Numbered from the stretch's first letter, positions 24,902-37,100 are shown. The stretch: 59,101 bases of DNA from Akkermansia sp. (GCA_043757045.1 JAYVQC010000168.1:1-59101), one strand, 5' to 3'. The notes: generated from the letters alone by a model not told the origin. Numbers and translations are program-made.

Positions 24902-26323
24902 ATGTCACCAGCGTTACGCGTGCGAAAGTGCTTTGTCCTTGCGGGACTTCTGTGGGCATTTCCTGCGTTGATTTTCGGCCAGCCTCTCGTTCCTCAAGGT
25001 GGTGAGTTTCCTGTCTTGGGAGAAGTCATCGGCGATCAAACCTCACCCAGCGTGGCGATTAGTAGTGCCGGAGGCTGGGTGGCATGGCAGGCGAACGGCA
25101 TTGACCGAAAGGGACTCGGCATCGGTGTCCGCCGTCTTGATGGCAACTTGAATCCCTCGGGTGCCATGCTCCCCGCCAACCGGTTAATCGTTGGCGATCA
25201 GGAAAAACCTGCAGTGGCTTTGCTGAATGATGGCGGTGCTGTCATCACGTGGCAGGGAGGCGTGCACGGTTTTCAAAATATCTACGCCCGATTTTTGCGG
25301 GCTGACGGGACGTTTACCACCGATGATGTGTTAGTCAGTCAGCCCAACATTGCCACCGTCTCCCGCACCACCACGAACCTCTTGGTTTATCGGAGCAACA
25401 GTCTTCGCCTGCGAAAATTGCGGCTGAAGGAGAAAATAAACATTAAGCACGAACGCACGGCGAATTCTTCGGTCACCAAACTGAGCGATGGTACCGTGGT
25501 CGTCGCCTACACGAGTTCGCGCAAAGTTTCCAAGAGCACCCCGGTCGTGGTCGTTACGGTGAAAGATAGGCCCGGTCATGTTTCCCTAACTAACTCGGTG
25601 ATTAATTACGTCCCGTTCGATTCCGATTCTTGGCAGGATATTTACTTCCAACGGTTCTCCCCCACCGGCCAGAAAATAGGCGTTGAGGTGATGGCCAACC
25701 AGTTCGTGAATTTCAACCAGCGCGGTGCCTCTGTCTCCGCCTTGACGGACGGCGGCTTTGTGATCGTGTGGATTTCCGAGGAACAGCGCGCGGAAGCCAG
25801 TGTGGACTTGATGGCCCGCCGTTTCGGCAGCGACGGCTCTCCGTTAGGCGATGAGTTTCGCGTGAGCACTTCGGACTTGCCTGGCAATGCGGCGGCTGTG
25901 ACAGGCACGCCCGATGGCGGTTTTACCGTGGTGTGGGCGCAGAAGGATGTGGTGCGAACCAACAGCTTGGACATTCATGCCCGCGCCTTCAATGCGGCTG
26001 GTACTCCCTTAGCCGCTCCTTTCTTGGTCAACGCCCATCAATACGGGGATCAATACGCGCCCCGGATTGCGTCCGGCCCGGGCGGGCAACTGGTCGTCTG
26101 GACGAGTCTCGCGCAGGATGGTTCGCGTGACGGAGTGTATGGCCGCTGGTTGAATGCCGGAGCGGTGGTCGGCGACGAGTTCCGCGTCAACACGACGACG
26201 CACTTGCGGCAGTTCACGCCGGCCGTTGCCACGGACCGCGGTAACCGTGCTCTGGTTATCTGGTCGAGCTACCAGACTACGGCTGGCTTCGACTTGTTTG
26301 GACAGCGCTACGCCGCGCCATGA
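24902..26323 (+). CDS. Secreted repeat protein (about 8 beta-propeller-like repeats of the DGGFVVVW type)
   Basis: ORF 24719..26323. ATG 24902 gives MSPALRVRKCFVLAGLLWAFPALIFG (signal peptide). Repeated blocks include LNDGGAVITWQG, LSDGTVVVAYTS, LTDGGFVIVWISEEQ, TPDGGFTVVWAQKD, GPGGQLVVWTSLAQDGS and DRGNRALVIWSSYQ. Confidence 0.65.
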   Translation: MSPALRVRKCFVLAGLLWAFPALIFGQPLVPQGGEFPVLGEVIGDQTSPSVAISSAGGWVAWQANGIDRKGLGIGVRRLDGNLNPSGAMLPANRLIVGDQEKPAVALLNDGGAVITWQGGVHGFQNIYARFLRADGTFTTDDVLVSQPNIATVSRTTTNLLVYRSNSLRLRKLRLKEKINIKHERTANSSVTKLSDGTVVVAYTSSRKVSKSTPVVVVTVKDRPGHVSLTNSVINYVPFDSDSWQDIYFQRFSPTGQKIGVEVMANQFVNFNQRGASVSALTDGGFVIVWISEEQRAEASVDLMARRFGSDGSPLGDEFRVSTSDLPGNAAAVTGTPDGGFTVVWAQKDVVRTNSLDIHARAFNAAGTPLAAPFLVNAHQYGDQYAPRIASGPGGQLVVWTSLAQDGSRDGVYGRWLNAGAVVGDEFRVNTTTHLRQFTPAVATDRGNRALVIWSSYQTTAGFDLFGQRYAAP

Positions 26324-27804
26324 AAGCACAATTTATGAAATTCCACCTTTTGCGTCTTAACGCACTGCTTGTGGTGTTGGTGGCTGGTATTACACCCAGC
26401 GTGTCTGCGTTTTCGCTGCTCGGGCCATATGCAGCCTGGCAGGTGAATGCGCTCGCCTACCAATGGCCTGGTGCGGACATTGGCGGCCCTATGAATCTTG
26501 GTGAAGGCTTTCGCTGGAACGTGCCAGTCATCACCTACGCTTGTGACAGTTCGTTCATAAACTATTTTGGCCCGGAGGGTGTGCGCGCCATTGACGAAGC
26601 GATGCAAGTTTTTAACGATCTCGCAGCACCTTCCAAAATCAGCACTGACCTCTCGGAGTATTCGGTGGATACACAGGCTCCGAACTACGATGCCGCTGAA
26701 CTCGGGATCATCGATCTTAAAAGCACTGCGATGCACATCGTCATGGAGGAATTGGGTTTCGCCGACCCTATCCGCTATACCTTTACTTTGCGGGGCCGGC
26801 AGGTGACCGGCACCCCGGCCGTCACAAATTACACCACAGTTCTACGCAACTACGACCCACAGACCCTCTCCCCAAGCCGTTACGTGAATGGAGTTCTTTA
26901 CACCTACTCCATTCAGGAATTCGCGCAGCCGTTCCAGCACTCGGATGCCGTAGAAGCCCCGCGATCGGATCTTTACACCCCTTTCCTTGAAAATATCCCG
27001 GTTGCTACTGGCTATGGCAGAGGTGGTAGCACCGGGCCAAATGCCGCGCTTGGAGCCGGTTTGTATCGTACGGGTCTTACTCGCGATGATGTGGGCGCAA
27101 TTCGTTATCTGTACCACCCGCGAAACTATGCGGTGGATTCTTTGTTGCCAGGGGTAATTCCCGGAGGTTCTATTTCACCTTATGCGCCCTTCCTTGGTAC
27201 CAATGTGCTGGGGGTGACTAACATCATTGTCGGGGGCACGGGGACCAATCTCACTACCACGGGCCTGCGTGGTGGCCGGAATAAAGTAAAATTCCGCAAG
27301 GCCTTTTACGATCCAATTCTAAGCACCTTTTTTACCTCTAGAAACAGTGCTTTTACAGATGTCGTTGTGAGCACCAACCGGAACCTGGTGGTTCAGCCTG
27401 TGATTCGGGTAATTACCCAGCCCGACCTTGTTTTCAGCGTGGGAGATTTGGGGCTAGTCAACGGAATTGACCCGGTCATTTTCGACCGGACGGTTACGAG
27501 TGGCTGGATTAACAATGACGCGTTGAATGGCGTCGATCCGACGGCCAACGATCTGGGACCGGGCGTGATTCCTCCCCAAGTGCAAATCAGGTTCTCCTCG
27601 CAACTTCCGAACTTTTTTAATTCGAACAGTGGTGCTTTCCTTGACGATGGTTTTCCAACGGAAGACACGGCCTTCTTGTTTAATCTTAATGTTTGGGGAT
27701 CGTTCGATGGCTCGATTAATCCTCCCATCATTTATCCCAAGGCACGCAACATCAGCATTAACCAGCTTCGGAGTGCCGTGCTCAATGGAACGCCACTGCC
27801 CTGA
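26320..27804 (+). CDS. Secreted hypothetical protein
   Basis: 494 aa. ATGA overlap with the upstream stop. Signal peptide ...LLVVLVAGITPSVSA, then FSLLGPYAAW. No catalytic motif recognised. Confidence 0.65.
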   Translation: MKAQFMKFHLLRLNALLVVLVAGITPSVSAFSLLGPYAAWQVNALAYQWPGADIGGPMNLGEGFRWNVPVITYACDSSFINYFGPEGVRAIDEAMQVFNDLAAPSKISTDLSEYSVDTQAPNYDAAELGIIDLKSTAMHIVMEELGFADPIRYTFTLRGRQVTGTPAVTNYTTVLRNYDPQTLSPSRYVNGVLYTYSIQEFAQPFQHSDAVEAPRSDLYTPFLENIPVATGYGRGGSTGPNAALGAGLYRTGLTRDDVGAIRYLYHPRNYAVDSLLPGVIPGGSISPYAPFLGTNVLGVTNIIVGGTGTNLTTTGLRGGRNKVKFRKAFYDPILSTFFTSRNSAFTDVVVSTNRNLVVQPVIRVITQPDLVFSVGDLGLVNGIDPVIFDRTVTSGWINNDALNGVDPTANDLGPGVIPPQVQIRFSSQLPNFFNSNSGAFLDDGFPTEDTAFLFNLNVWGSFDGSINPPIIYPKARNISINQLRSAVLNGTPLP

Positions 27805-30800
27805 TGAACTCCGACGCCATTATGAAGAAGTTTTTCGCCGGATTGTTGCTGCTCGCACTCGGCGCCGCGACGGGACTTTCCGCCCCTGCCACCAGTCCGG
27901 CGGACATCTACGTCAACAATTCGCCCTTGACCACTCCGCCGCAAGTGGATGCAACCATTTTCCTGAACCGCAGCAGTTTTGACATCTCCACCACCCTCCC
28001 CTACACGGCTCAGAACGTGCGGTTTTGGACGAACACGGGAAGCATGGCCGGAACTCCGGGCTTTCGTTTTGAGAACAATCGGAGCGGCAATGCGGTCCCC
28101 AAAAAGACGAAGGCGAATTCGAGGAATCTTCAAGTCCCCTCGGCTACTTTCCATAACGATGGCAACGTTTATGGGGAGCAACTGCTCTGGATTAACGCCA
28201 ATTCCATTTTTACTTCTGGTCGTCTGGATGGTGGTGAAGCCGGGCGCATCGTCATTCAGGCAACAAATGGCACCGCAGATTTGAGTCGCAGCGGCATCCG
28301 CGTCGGACCGGTCACCGGGATTAACGTCCCGTGCGGTTTTGAAGCGTTCGGAACGAATTTCACCCCGGATCCAAATATCCGGGAACTTTATTGGGGCGCC
28401 GGACGGAACAATGCATTGGGAACCAATGGACAGCCCTTGAATTTGACGTCACTACCGTTTGCCAATGGCGGTAATTTCACATTGCCCTTTCCGCGCACGC
28501 CCAGTCATGAAGTCATTCAATTGTTTTCGGGTCGTCCGTTCACCAATCTGGTGAATCTGCCGCAAGGCTCGTTCTTCGGTGGGCTTTGCGGGACCAACTA
28601 CGACGCCTACGTCCATACCAACCTTGACTTTGCCGGGACGACTCCGCGAACAGTGGTGACCATTGTGTTCGTTCCCACACAAAGCCTTTTGTCTCCGGAC
28701 AATCTCCAGACGGAGGTTCGATTTGTCCCCGACTTCGGCCCTGGGGGCAGCACCTTTTCGCCGGTGGTGGAGTTTCACAACACTGCTTTTGATATTGTCG
28801 ATCAAGCGATGGTCACGAATTACGTCACTTTCATCGACACGACCGGGAGCCAGACCAATGTGGTGCTGGCCCGACCCTTCACTACAATTACAGGAACAAC
28901 GCCCAATACGCGGCGGCCTTCGACGCACACCTTTATTCGCGGACGGTATTGCAACTTTGATTTTTTTACGGAGGCGGCTAACGCCGTCTATGACCCGGCA
29001 GTCTTCTTTGCCCAGAACAATGTCACGAACATCGCCAACACTATTTACGCGGCTTCAGCGGCGCAAATCGGACTGACCAATGCTCAGTCATTTACCGCGA
29101 CAAGCCTCTCCCCGAGTGGCTTTTTGACACTGGGCGCCAACCCGGCTGTGACCGATCCAACCAACTTCACCGGCAAGGTAGAGATCACGGCCAAAGACCT
29201 CGACCTGACCCTCACGCGCATCAAGGCCGAGAATTTCATCTCGATCAAAGCCGGCAATTTGCGCAGCAATCTTGTCGCCCAGCTCGACGCGCCGTTCATT
29301 GATCTGAATTTGCAGTCCAGTAATGCCACCCTGATTATCAGCAACCTGGCCCCTTCTTCAGTGAATCGTCTGGCCGGCCAAATCGCCGCTTGGAGCAGCG
29401 CGTGGAATGTCAACGTGACCAACGTTCTCGGGCAGACGAACGCCATGCGCTTTCACGTTCTGCTCGTGGATAATTGTCTGCGCTCGGAGCAACCGGTGAC
29501 CATCAACCGTTTCTCGGTGAAAACCCCGCAACTCGTCCTCAGTGACAATCTTTTTGTGAACGCAGGTGCATTGGTGAATGCGCCCGCGATCACGGTGGAG
29601 CCAGGTGCTACCCTGGCCTTGCCGCTGCGCTCTGATTGGGCCTTCACCAACTTTCAAAACCTGCTCAACTTCACCAACAATGGCACCGTGAGCATTCAGG
29701 GCGGCGGCTACTTCGGAGCTTTTGATGTCGGACATATCACGATACCAAAAAAGAAAAGGGGGAAGAAACGCCCCGCTCCCGTGGTGCCGTTTCCGCTGAA
29801 CAACTTCGTTAACCGCGGTTCGCTTTCAGCCTCCGCGTTCTATGTTCGTGCCACCAACGCCGAAATTGCCGGGTCCGCTTTCACCCGCGCCCTGCTAAAC
29901 GGGAATAACGGAGTCATCGCTGTGACTGCCTCCGTGCTGTCGTTAAGCAATGCGGCGATTTCCGCAGGTTCTGATGCTGAGTTTCATGCCAATGACCTGC
30001 TCCTGACCCGCACGGTCCTTTCCACAGGCCGGACCAATCCCATCTTCGGCAATGTGATACCCGGTGCCTTGATCCTTGACGCAACGAATTCACTGACTGA
30101 TGGCGGCCTGAACGCGAGCAACCTCTGGAGCGTCACGGGCGGTTTCCGCATGGCCCGTCGTCCGGCCATGCCCGGCGATCTGCTGGGCACGCGGATCGAG
30201 TCGCGCTCGGGAAGCTTCGTGCAAAACACGCATCAATGGGCGGGCTTGGATCGCGGGAACACGAACGCGGGATACGTGAACAATCTGGCGCTGGGCCGGC
30301 TGGTGTTGGATGGCGTGCTGCTGAACCGCTTCCGTTTCACAGGGGCGAGCACGAACAACGCGCTGTATGTGGAATATCTGGAGCTGCGGACGAACGGGGT
30401 GCCCAGCAATTTCTCTGGAGACTTCATCGGCTCGTTCGCCATTGACCCCGGCTTCACGATCTATTTTGCGGACTCGAACATGGATCCCATTGTTCTGGCG
30501 GGGTTGGGTGGCGGACGGATCAAGTGGGTGAGCAGTTATGCCGGGGAGGAGGGTAGCCAGAGCGGCACGAACCTGCTTTATCCGAATGGCATCACCTACC
30601 GCTTCAACGCCGCCTTGGTGCGGAGCATGGAATTCGACACGGACGGCGACAACGTCCTGAACGGGCTGGATTGCACGCCCATTCCGGTGGCTGGTTTCGA
30701 CACCACCGGCCAGCAATGCCCTGCGCCTGCTCCGGCGGCTGCCGGTTTGGCGAAGGCGCTCGCCGCGTCAGACCTCCATTTGACCATCGCTCTCGCGGCC

Positions 30801-31004
30801 GAAGGCGGCGCGGTGGTGCTGGACTGGGATGCCCCCGCGAACTCCGCGAACACCGTCGAGTTCTCCGAGTCGCTTTCGGGCGGCGCGTGGCAGAGCCTGA
30901 CGAATTTTATCAACGGCCCGACAGGCACGCGAGTGACGGTGCGGGACGCGGCGGCAGCTCCGACCCGCGTTTATCGCGTCCGTGTGGACGCGGCCAAACT
31001 GTGA
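27804..31004 (+). CDS. Secreted beta-helix-like large protein (adhesin/passenger-like) with a C-terminal FYR-type domain
   Basis: 1066 aa. TGATG overlap with the upstream stop, with an alternative ATG at 27822 (MKKFFAGLLLLALGAATGLSA). Long Asn/Thr/Leu-rich irregular repeats such as LDLTLTRIKAENFISIKAGNL and LVLSDNLFVNAGALVNAPAITV. C-terminus: ...VVLDWDAPANSANTVEFSESLSGGAWQSL...TRVYRVRVDAAKL. Confidence 0.7.
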   Translation: MNSDAIMKKFFAGLLLLALGAATGLSAPATSPADIYVNNSPLTTPPQVDATIFLNRSSFDISTTLPYTAQNVRFWTNTGSMAGTPGFRFENNRSGNAVPKKTKANSRNLQVPSATFHNDGNVYGEQLLWINANSIFTSGRLDGGEAGRIVIQATNGTADLSRSGIRVGPVTGINVPCGFEAFGTNFTPDPNIRELYWGAGRNNALGTNGQPLNLTSLPFANGGNFTLPFPRTPSHEVIQLFSGRPFTNLVNLPQGSFFGGLCGTNYDAYVHTNLDFAGTTPRTVVTIVFVPTQSLLSPDNLQTEVRFVPDFGPGGSTFSPVVEFHNTAFDIVDQAMVTNYVTFIDTTGSQTNVVLARPFTTITGTTPNTRRPSTHTFIRGRYCNFDFFTEAANAVYDPAVFFAQNNVTNIANTIYAASAAQIGLTNAQSFTATSLSPSGFLTLGANPAVTDPTNFTGKVEITAKDLDLTLTRIKAENFISIKAGNLRSNLVAQLDAPFIDLNLQSSNATLIISNLAPSSVNRLAGQIAAWSSAWNVNVTNVLGQTNAMRFHVLLVDNCLRSEQPVTINRFSVKTPQLVLSDNLFVNAGALVNAPAITVEPGATLALPLRSDWAFTNFQNLLNFTNNGTVSIQGGGYFGAFDVGHITIPKKKRGKKRPAPVVPFPLNNFVNRGSLSASAFYVRATNAEIAGSAFTRALLNGNNGVIAVTASVLSLSNAAISAGSDAEFHANDLLLTRTVLSTGRTNPIFGNVIPGALILDATNSLTDGGLNASNLWSVTGGFRMARRPAMPGDLLGTRIESRSGSFVQNTHQWAGLDRGNTNAGYVNNLALGRLVLDGVLLNRFRFTGASTNNALYVEYLELRTNGVPSNFSGDFIGSFAIDPGFTIYFADSNMDPIVLAGLGGGRIKWVSSYAGEEGSQSGTNLLYPNGITYRFNAALVRSMEFDTDGDNVLNGLDCTPIPVAGFDTTGQQCPAPAPAAAGLAKALAASDLHLTIALAAEGGAVVLDWDAPANSANTVEFSESLSGGAWQSLTNFINGPTGTRVTVRDAAAAPTRVYRVRVDAAKL

Positions 31005-31126
31005 GGCCTGCTCCGGCCGCCCGCAGATCGTGCCCTGGCTGTTGAACCCAAACCGCGAAGACGGACGCTGAGGCGAATGATCACTCGCCCCGGTTCCACC
31101 TTCGCAAACTGGACGAACGCATTCAC

Positions 31127-34100
31127 ATGAAACTGTTTCGTTGGCTCACGGCGGGAGTGCTGGTGATTCTTTTGGCCGCGCTGGTTCTTTCGAGGACCGG
31201 TCGAGTCCGTCCGTCCTCATCGCCTTCATCGCCCGCCGTGGCCCCGGTCGCCGGGGAGGTGGCGCGAACTGCCGCGCCCGCGTCTGCGGGCGCACCCGTC
31301 ACCGCCCCCTTGGTTTCCAACCCGTCCGTGGGCGTGCCGGTTTCCAGCGCGTTTGAAAATTGGGCGCGCACCTTCGTGAAGGGCGATGCGTCACAGCGCG
31401 CGGCGTTGTTGGAAAAGGTCGCCGAAGTCGCAACCACGCGGCGTCAGGAGATGGCGGCCTTGATTCGCGCGAATCCTGAAGCGGCGTTGCGCCGCGCGCT
31501 GCCTTGGTCACTCCGTCAGCAGTTGCCCACGGAAGTGCTTTTGCAAATCGAACAGCCGGTGAGCGCGCGCGGCCTGTTCCGTCCCGTCTGCTACAAGCCG
31601 TTCCACACCGGCCAGGATGAGGCGCATGATCTCGGCTACGAAGTCATCATCAACGGCACGCGCTACGAGACCTACACGTACGGCGCGCGCCTCCAGCAGC
31701 CGACCCACGACAGCGCCTATCTCCACGGCGTCTCGGTCAAGGAAGATTTGTCGCAAGGGCCGGAACTGCTCGCGTTAAGCGATGAGGTGACGCGGCTGAT
31801 CAGCGACGCGTCGGAGAAGCAGGCACTCGTGGACGCGAAGCAAGTGCGGGGCGACGCGGGCTGCGATGTGGCGGGCCGAACCATCGTGCAGTTCGGCGAC
31901 CAGTATTACGGCTACTGCGATCCCTCGCAGGCCGAGCAAATGGCGCAGATGCTCCAGGCCGCGCACGGGATGCTCTGGGGTTCGGGCGCGAAGAATCACG
32001 CGACCGAGACTCTGCCCATCGAAGGTTTCAGCGGCACCCAGGGCATCAAGAAGCTGCTCTACATCCGCGTGCTGTTTGCGGACGACCCGGTGCCGCCGCA
32101 GTCCGACAACGGCGCGCAGGCCACGGCCCAGGCGAACAACCGTTATTTTTACGAAGGCTCCTACGGCACGGTCTGGTGGGAATCCACCATTACCCCGTTG
32201 GTGCGGCTGCCGCAGCGGAAGAATTTTTACGGCGAGAATCCCGGACGGCTGCTCAGTGACGCGGCGGCGGGCGCGGCGTTGCTCGGCTATTTCACGAGCG
32301 ACTACTTCTCTCCGCATTACGTGCTGCACAATACGCTGGTGCAGTACTCGTTTGGCGGCCTGTCCAGCGGCATCCTGAACGCCTCGCCCGGCGCGCTCAC
32401 CCACGAGCTGGGGCATAACTTCGGATTGCCGCACGCGAACTTGTGGACCGCCGAGGGCACGCTGCCCGGCCCGGTCCAGCCGCAGAACGCCCCGCCGTGG
32501 CCCATCGATCCTGACAGCCTGATCGGCCATTACGATCTCAACGCGCCGGCCATTCCCGGTTTGAACACCCAGCAGCCCGTGTTGTCATACGGCAACCAGC
32601 ACGACGTGATGGGCAGCGGCGGCGGACACTTCAGCGCCATGTTCAAGAACGCGATGGACTGGCTGCCCGATCCGTTCATCAAGCGCATCACCGGCAGCAC
32701 CACCAACCGCATCTACGCCTTCGACACGCCGCGCATCGACACCGGACGGCTCTATGCCATGCGGATGCGCAAGGACGTCCGCCGCGAATACTGGTTCACC
32801 TTCCGCCAGGCTTTCCCGGACAATCCGTGGTTCTCGAACGGTCTCGAAGTGGACTGGAACATCGGGCCGGAGAATCCCGGTTACAGCGTCGCGCTCGGGA
32901 ACAACGTGCTGATCGACACCACGCCCGACACGACCTACGGCAAGGAGGACGCCGCGCTCATCGTGGGACGCACGCTCCACGATCCGCAGGCCAGCCTGCA
33001 CGTCACGCCCATCGCCGTCGGCGGCGGGCCGGACGCCTCGGACAAATGGATCGACGTGGTCGTGCAGATTGGCCCCTTCCCCGATAACCAGATTCCCACG
33101 CTCGCCCTCGCGGCCAGTTCGCTCACCGTCGCCACCGGCGCGGTGATCAACTTCACCGCCACCGCGCAGGACGCGGACGGCGACGCGCTGGCTTATAACT
33201 GGGATTTCGGCGACTGGACCTTCGGCCCCAATGCGCCGCTGGCCAGCAAGCAGTTCAACGCGCCCGGCCAGTTCGTGGTGCGTTGCGAGATTTCCGACAT
33301 GAAGGGCGGCGTGGCCAGCCGGCACCTGGTCATCACCGTCGGCAATCCCGGCACCTACACCATCAGCGGGCGCGTGCTCGACACGGATGGCAATCCCCTG
33401 CAAGGCGTGCGCGTGCATAACAGCGGCGTGAAGCCGGCCGATGCGCCGCCCGTGCCCGAGGGCACCTCGACGAACGCCTTCATCACCGACGTGGGCACCT
33501 ATCGCTACGGCTACACGGACACCGACGGCTACTACGTGATCGGGAACAATCCGCCGGATGATTACGTGGTGCGCGCGTTCCTCTTCGGCTACAGCACCGT
33601 GCCGCTGAATTTCACCGACCCGGTCAATGTCAGCAACGGCAACGCCAGCGGCATTGATTTCACCGCCACGAAGATCGCGCGCGTGCGGGTCGCGCGGACG
33701 CTCGATGCGTTTGAACTCGGCGGGGAGGGCAATGACGGCGTGTTCACCATTTCGCGCGAGGGCGGCGATTTCGCGCAGGATCTGCCGGTGCGTTTCGGCT
33801 TGAGCGGATCGGCGAGATACCTGGTGAATTACACCGTTACCGGCGCGGACACGTCGCAGACCAACTGCACGTTCACGACCAACGGCAACGTTATCACCAC
33901 CAACTGCGTCAGCACCAATGTCGCCCTCGGCCAGGTCATCATCCCGGCCTTCCAGTCCTCCATCGATGTCCATGTCGTGCCCGTTGATAACGCCGTGGGG
34001 GATGGCGACAAGACCGTGGTGATGACGCTGGCGCTCCAGACGAATTTTTTCCGCATCCGCACTGAGGTCACAAATTTCTTCATCACCAATGGCACGGCCA

Positions 34101-37100
34101 TCACCACCAACTCCGTGATCACCAACCGCGTCGATCAGTTCCGCGTGCCCGGCTGGGAACTGCGGCTCTCGGGCGTGGACTCGACGCCGACGTGGTTCCA
34201 GACCGATCCGACCTACGTGCTGGATCAGGCCGAGGCCACGGTGCGGATCGAGGATGATGACGCGCCGGCCACGCCGTCGGTGTTCGCTGGTTCGCTGGAC
34301 ACGGACGCGCTCGAATCGCGCGGCGATCTGGCCACGGTGATCTTCTTCCGGCAGGGCGCGCCGCTCGATGCGGACTTGACGGTTTATTACACCACGTTCG
34401 GCGAGGCGGAGAACGGCGTGGACTTTGACGAACTGCCCGGAGTCATCACCATTCCGGCGGGCCAGGCGTTCGTGCTCCTGCCGATCCGCGCAATCAATGA
34501 TCTGTTCGTCGAGGGCAATGAGGAAGTGTTCATCCAAGTGCTGCCGGCGCCGGATGATTCATACACGACCGATCTCGGCTTCGGCGCGTTCGCGATCATC
34601 GTTGATGACGACCTGCCGCTCGTGAACGTCTTTGCCGCTGCCAACACCGTCCCGCGCAACGGCGGTTCCGCGCGCGTCACCGTCTCCCGCGCCGGCAGCA
34701 CGGACGAGGCGCTCACGGTCAACTACCTCGTGACCGGCACGGCGGTGAGCGGCGTGGACTTCAACACGCTGGCCGGCTCGGTGGTGATTCCGGCGGGGCA
34801 GTTGAGCGCGGACATTCTCATCTCGCCCATCGCCGCCAGCGTCAACCCGCTGCCGCGCACCGTGACCATCCAGTTGTCCGATGCCACGACCTACAACATC
34901 TACCAGCAGAACTCCGCGACCATCACCATCTTCGACAACACGCTTCCCACTGTCACGCTCGCGCGCTCGGCGGCCAGCCTCACGGAGAACGGCGGCACCG
35001 CCGCCTTCATCGTCACGCGCACCGGTCCGACCAACGCCAGCCTGAACGTCTTTTTCGACGTGGGCGGCTCGGCATGGGAAGGCAGCGACTACGCGAACAT
35101 CGGCACAAACATCGTCATCCCCGCCGGCTCGCTCACCGCCAGCATCAATGTCACCGGCATCAACGATCCCGCGCGCGAGACGCCGGATGTCACCGGGCAG
35201 GACACGGTCATCGTGCGACTGCGCGCACACTCGGCCTACAACCTCGGCGGCACCGTGAACCAGACCATGACCATCACGGACGACGAGGGCGACACGGCCC
35301 TGCCCTCCGTCGGATTCATGCTCTCCAGTTCGGCCGTGCGGGAGGACGTGGGGCAAGCCATGCTCTATCTGAAGGTCACCGCCAATCCCGCCACCAATCG
35401 CCCGATCCAGATCGAGTACCGCGTGACCAGCGCCACGGCGGTGCCGAACGTGAATTACGTGAACCAGTTTCCGGCCGGAACGAATTTTGCGTCCTTCTCC
35501 ACCACGGGCTTCGTGGACATCACGCACTATTTTCCCCCGCGTCCGCCACCAATGTTCTTTAGTTTTGAGAACGGCATTTACGCGATCCCGGTCCAGATTT
35601 TGGATGACGGCGTGGCGGCGGGCGACAAGACGCTGACCATCACGCTGTTCGACCCGTCGCGTTTCCAGACCAACACGTCGCTCGCGACGAACACGTCCGT
35701 GATGCCGCCGCGGGTTTACACGAATTTCCTGATCACACGCATCCCGACGAACGCCTTCCTCGGGCCGGCCCGTTCGCACACTCTGACCATCCAGGATTTG
35801 CGGACCAGCACGGTGTCCGTGACGGCGCTCGAGGCGCAGGCCTACGAGGCGGGTCCGATTCCGGCGCGGTTTCTGGTTTCGCGCACCGGCTCCACGAACA
35901 CGCCGCTGACCGTGGCGTTTGCCGTCGAGGGGACCGCGGCCATCGGCAGCGACTACGCGCTCCTCGGCACCGGTCCGACGAACGGAACGGTGACGATTCC
36001 CGCAGGCACCAACGCCGTGATTGTTACCGTCATGCCCATTGATGATCCCACGGAGGAAGTGGCCGAATCCATTGTCTTCACGATCCTGGAGCGTGTCGGC
36101 TACCATTTGGATTTCGCGAACAGCGCCTCGGTGATCCTGGTCTCCGATGACGGAACCATCCAGTTCAGTTCCGAGAGCTATCGCGTGAGCGAGGATGCGA
36201 GCAACGCCGTCCTCACCGTCGTCCGCACCGGCGGCACGAACCTCACGACCACGGTGGACTATCTGTTCACCGGCGGCAGCGCGCTCAACGGCACGGACTA
36301 TCTCGGCACGAACGGCACGCTCACCTTCCTGCCCGGCCAGACGCTCCAGTTCATCACCGTGCCGCTCATCAATGATCTCCTCGTCGAGCCAGATGAAACC
36401 GTGACGCTGGTGCTGTCCAATGCCACGGGCGGCGTGCCGCTCGGCGGACAGAACGCCGCGACGCTGTTCATCGTGAACGACGACACGGCCTTCGAGTTTG
36501 CGGCGGCCAGTTTCCGGGGCAACGAAAACGGCGTCTTTGGCGCGGTGGACATCCGACGCAGCGGCGTGGTGACCAACACCCACACCGTCACCTTCACCAC
36601 GACTAACGGCACGGCGGGCGCGGCCGATTTCTTCGCCTTCACGGCTCCCGTCACGTTTCTGCCCGGCGAGACGAACCAGACCATCAACGTGTTCCTCCAG
36701 GACGACGAACTGTTCGAGGGCGACGAAACCGTGAGCCTCGCGCTGAGTGTTCCGGCGGCGGGCACCACCATCGGCGCGTTGAGCAACGCCGTGCTGGTCA
36801 TCGTCGATGACGAATGCCAGCTCGAGTTCGAGGTCGCGGGCTACTCGATCATTGAATACTCGAACTTTGTCACGCTCGTCATTCGGCGCGTCGGCGGCAC
36901 CGTGAATCCGGTTTCCGTCCACTACGCGACCAGCGACGGCACGGCGACGAACGGAGCGGATTACTTGGCCGTCAACTCCACGGTCACCTTCACCGGCGAT
37001 CATTTCGAGACGGACACGAATGGTTCCGGGGCGGTCTTCTTCGTGCCCGGCGAAGCGTCGCGCATCGTGACCGTGCCGATCCTCGACGACGTGCTCGGCG

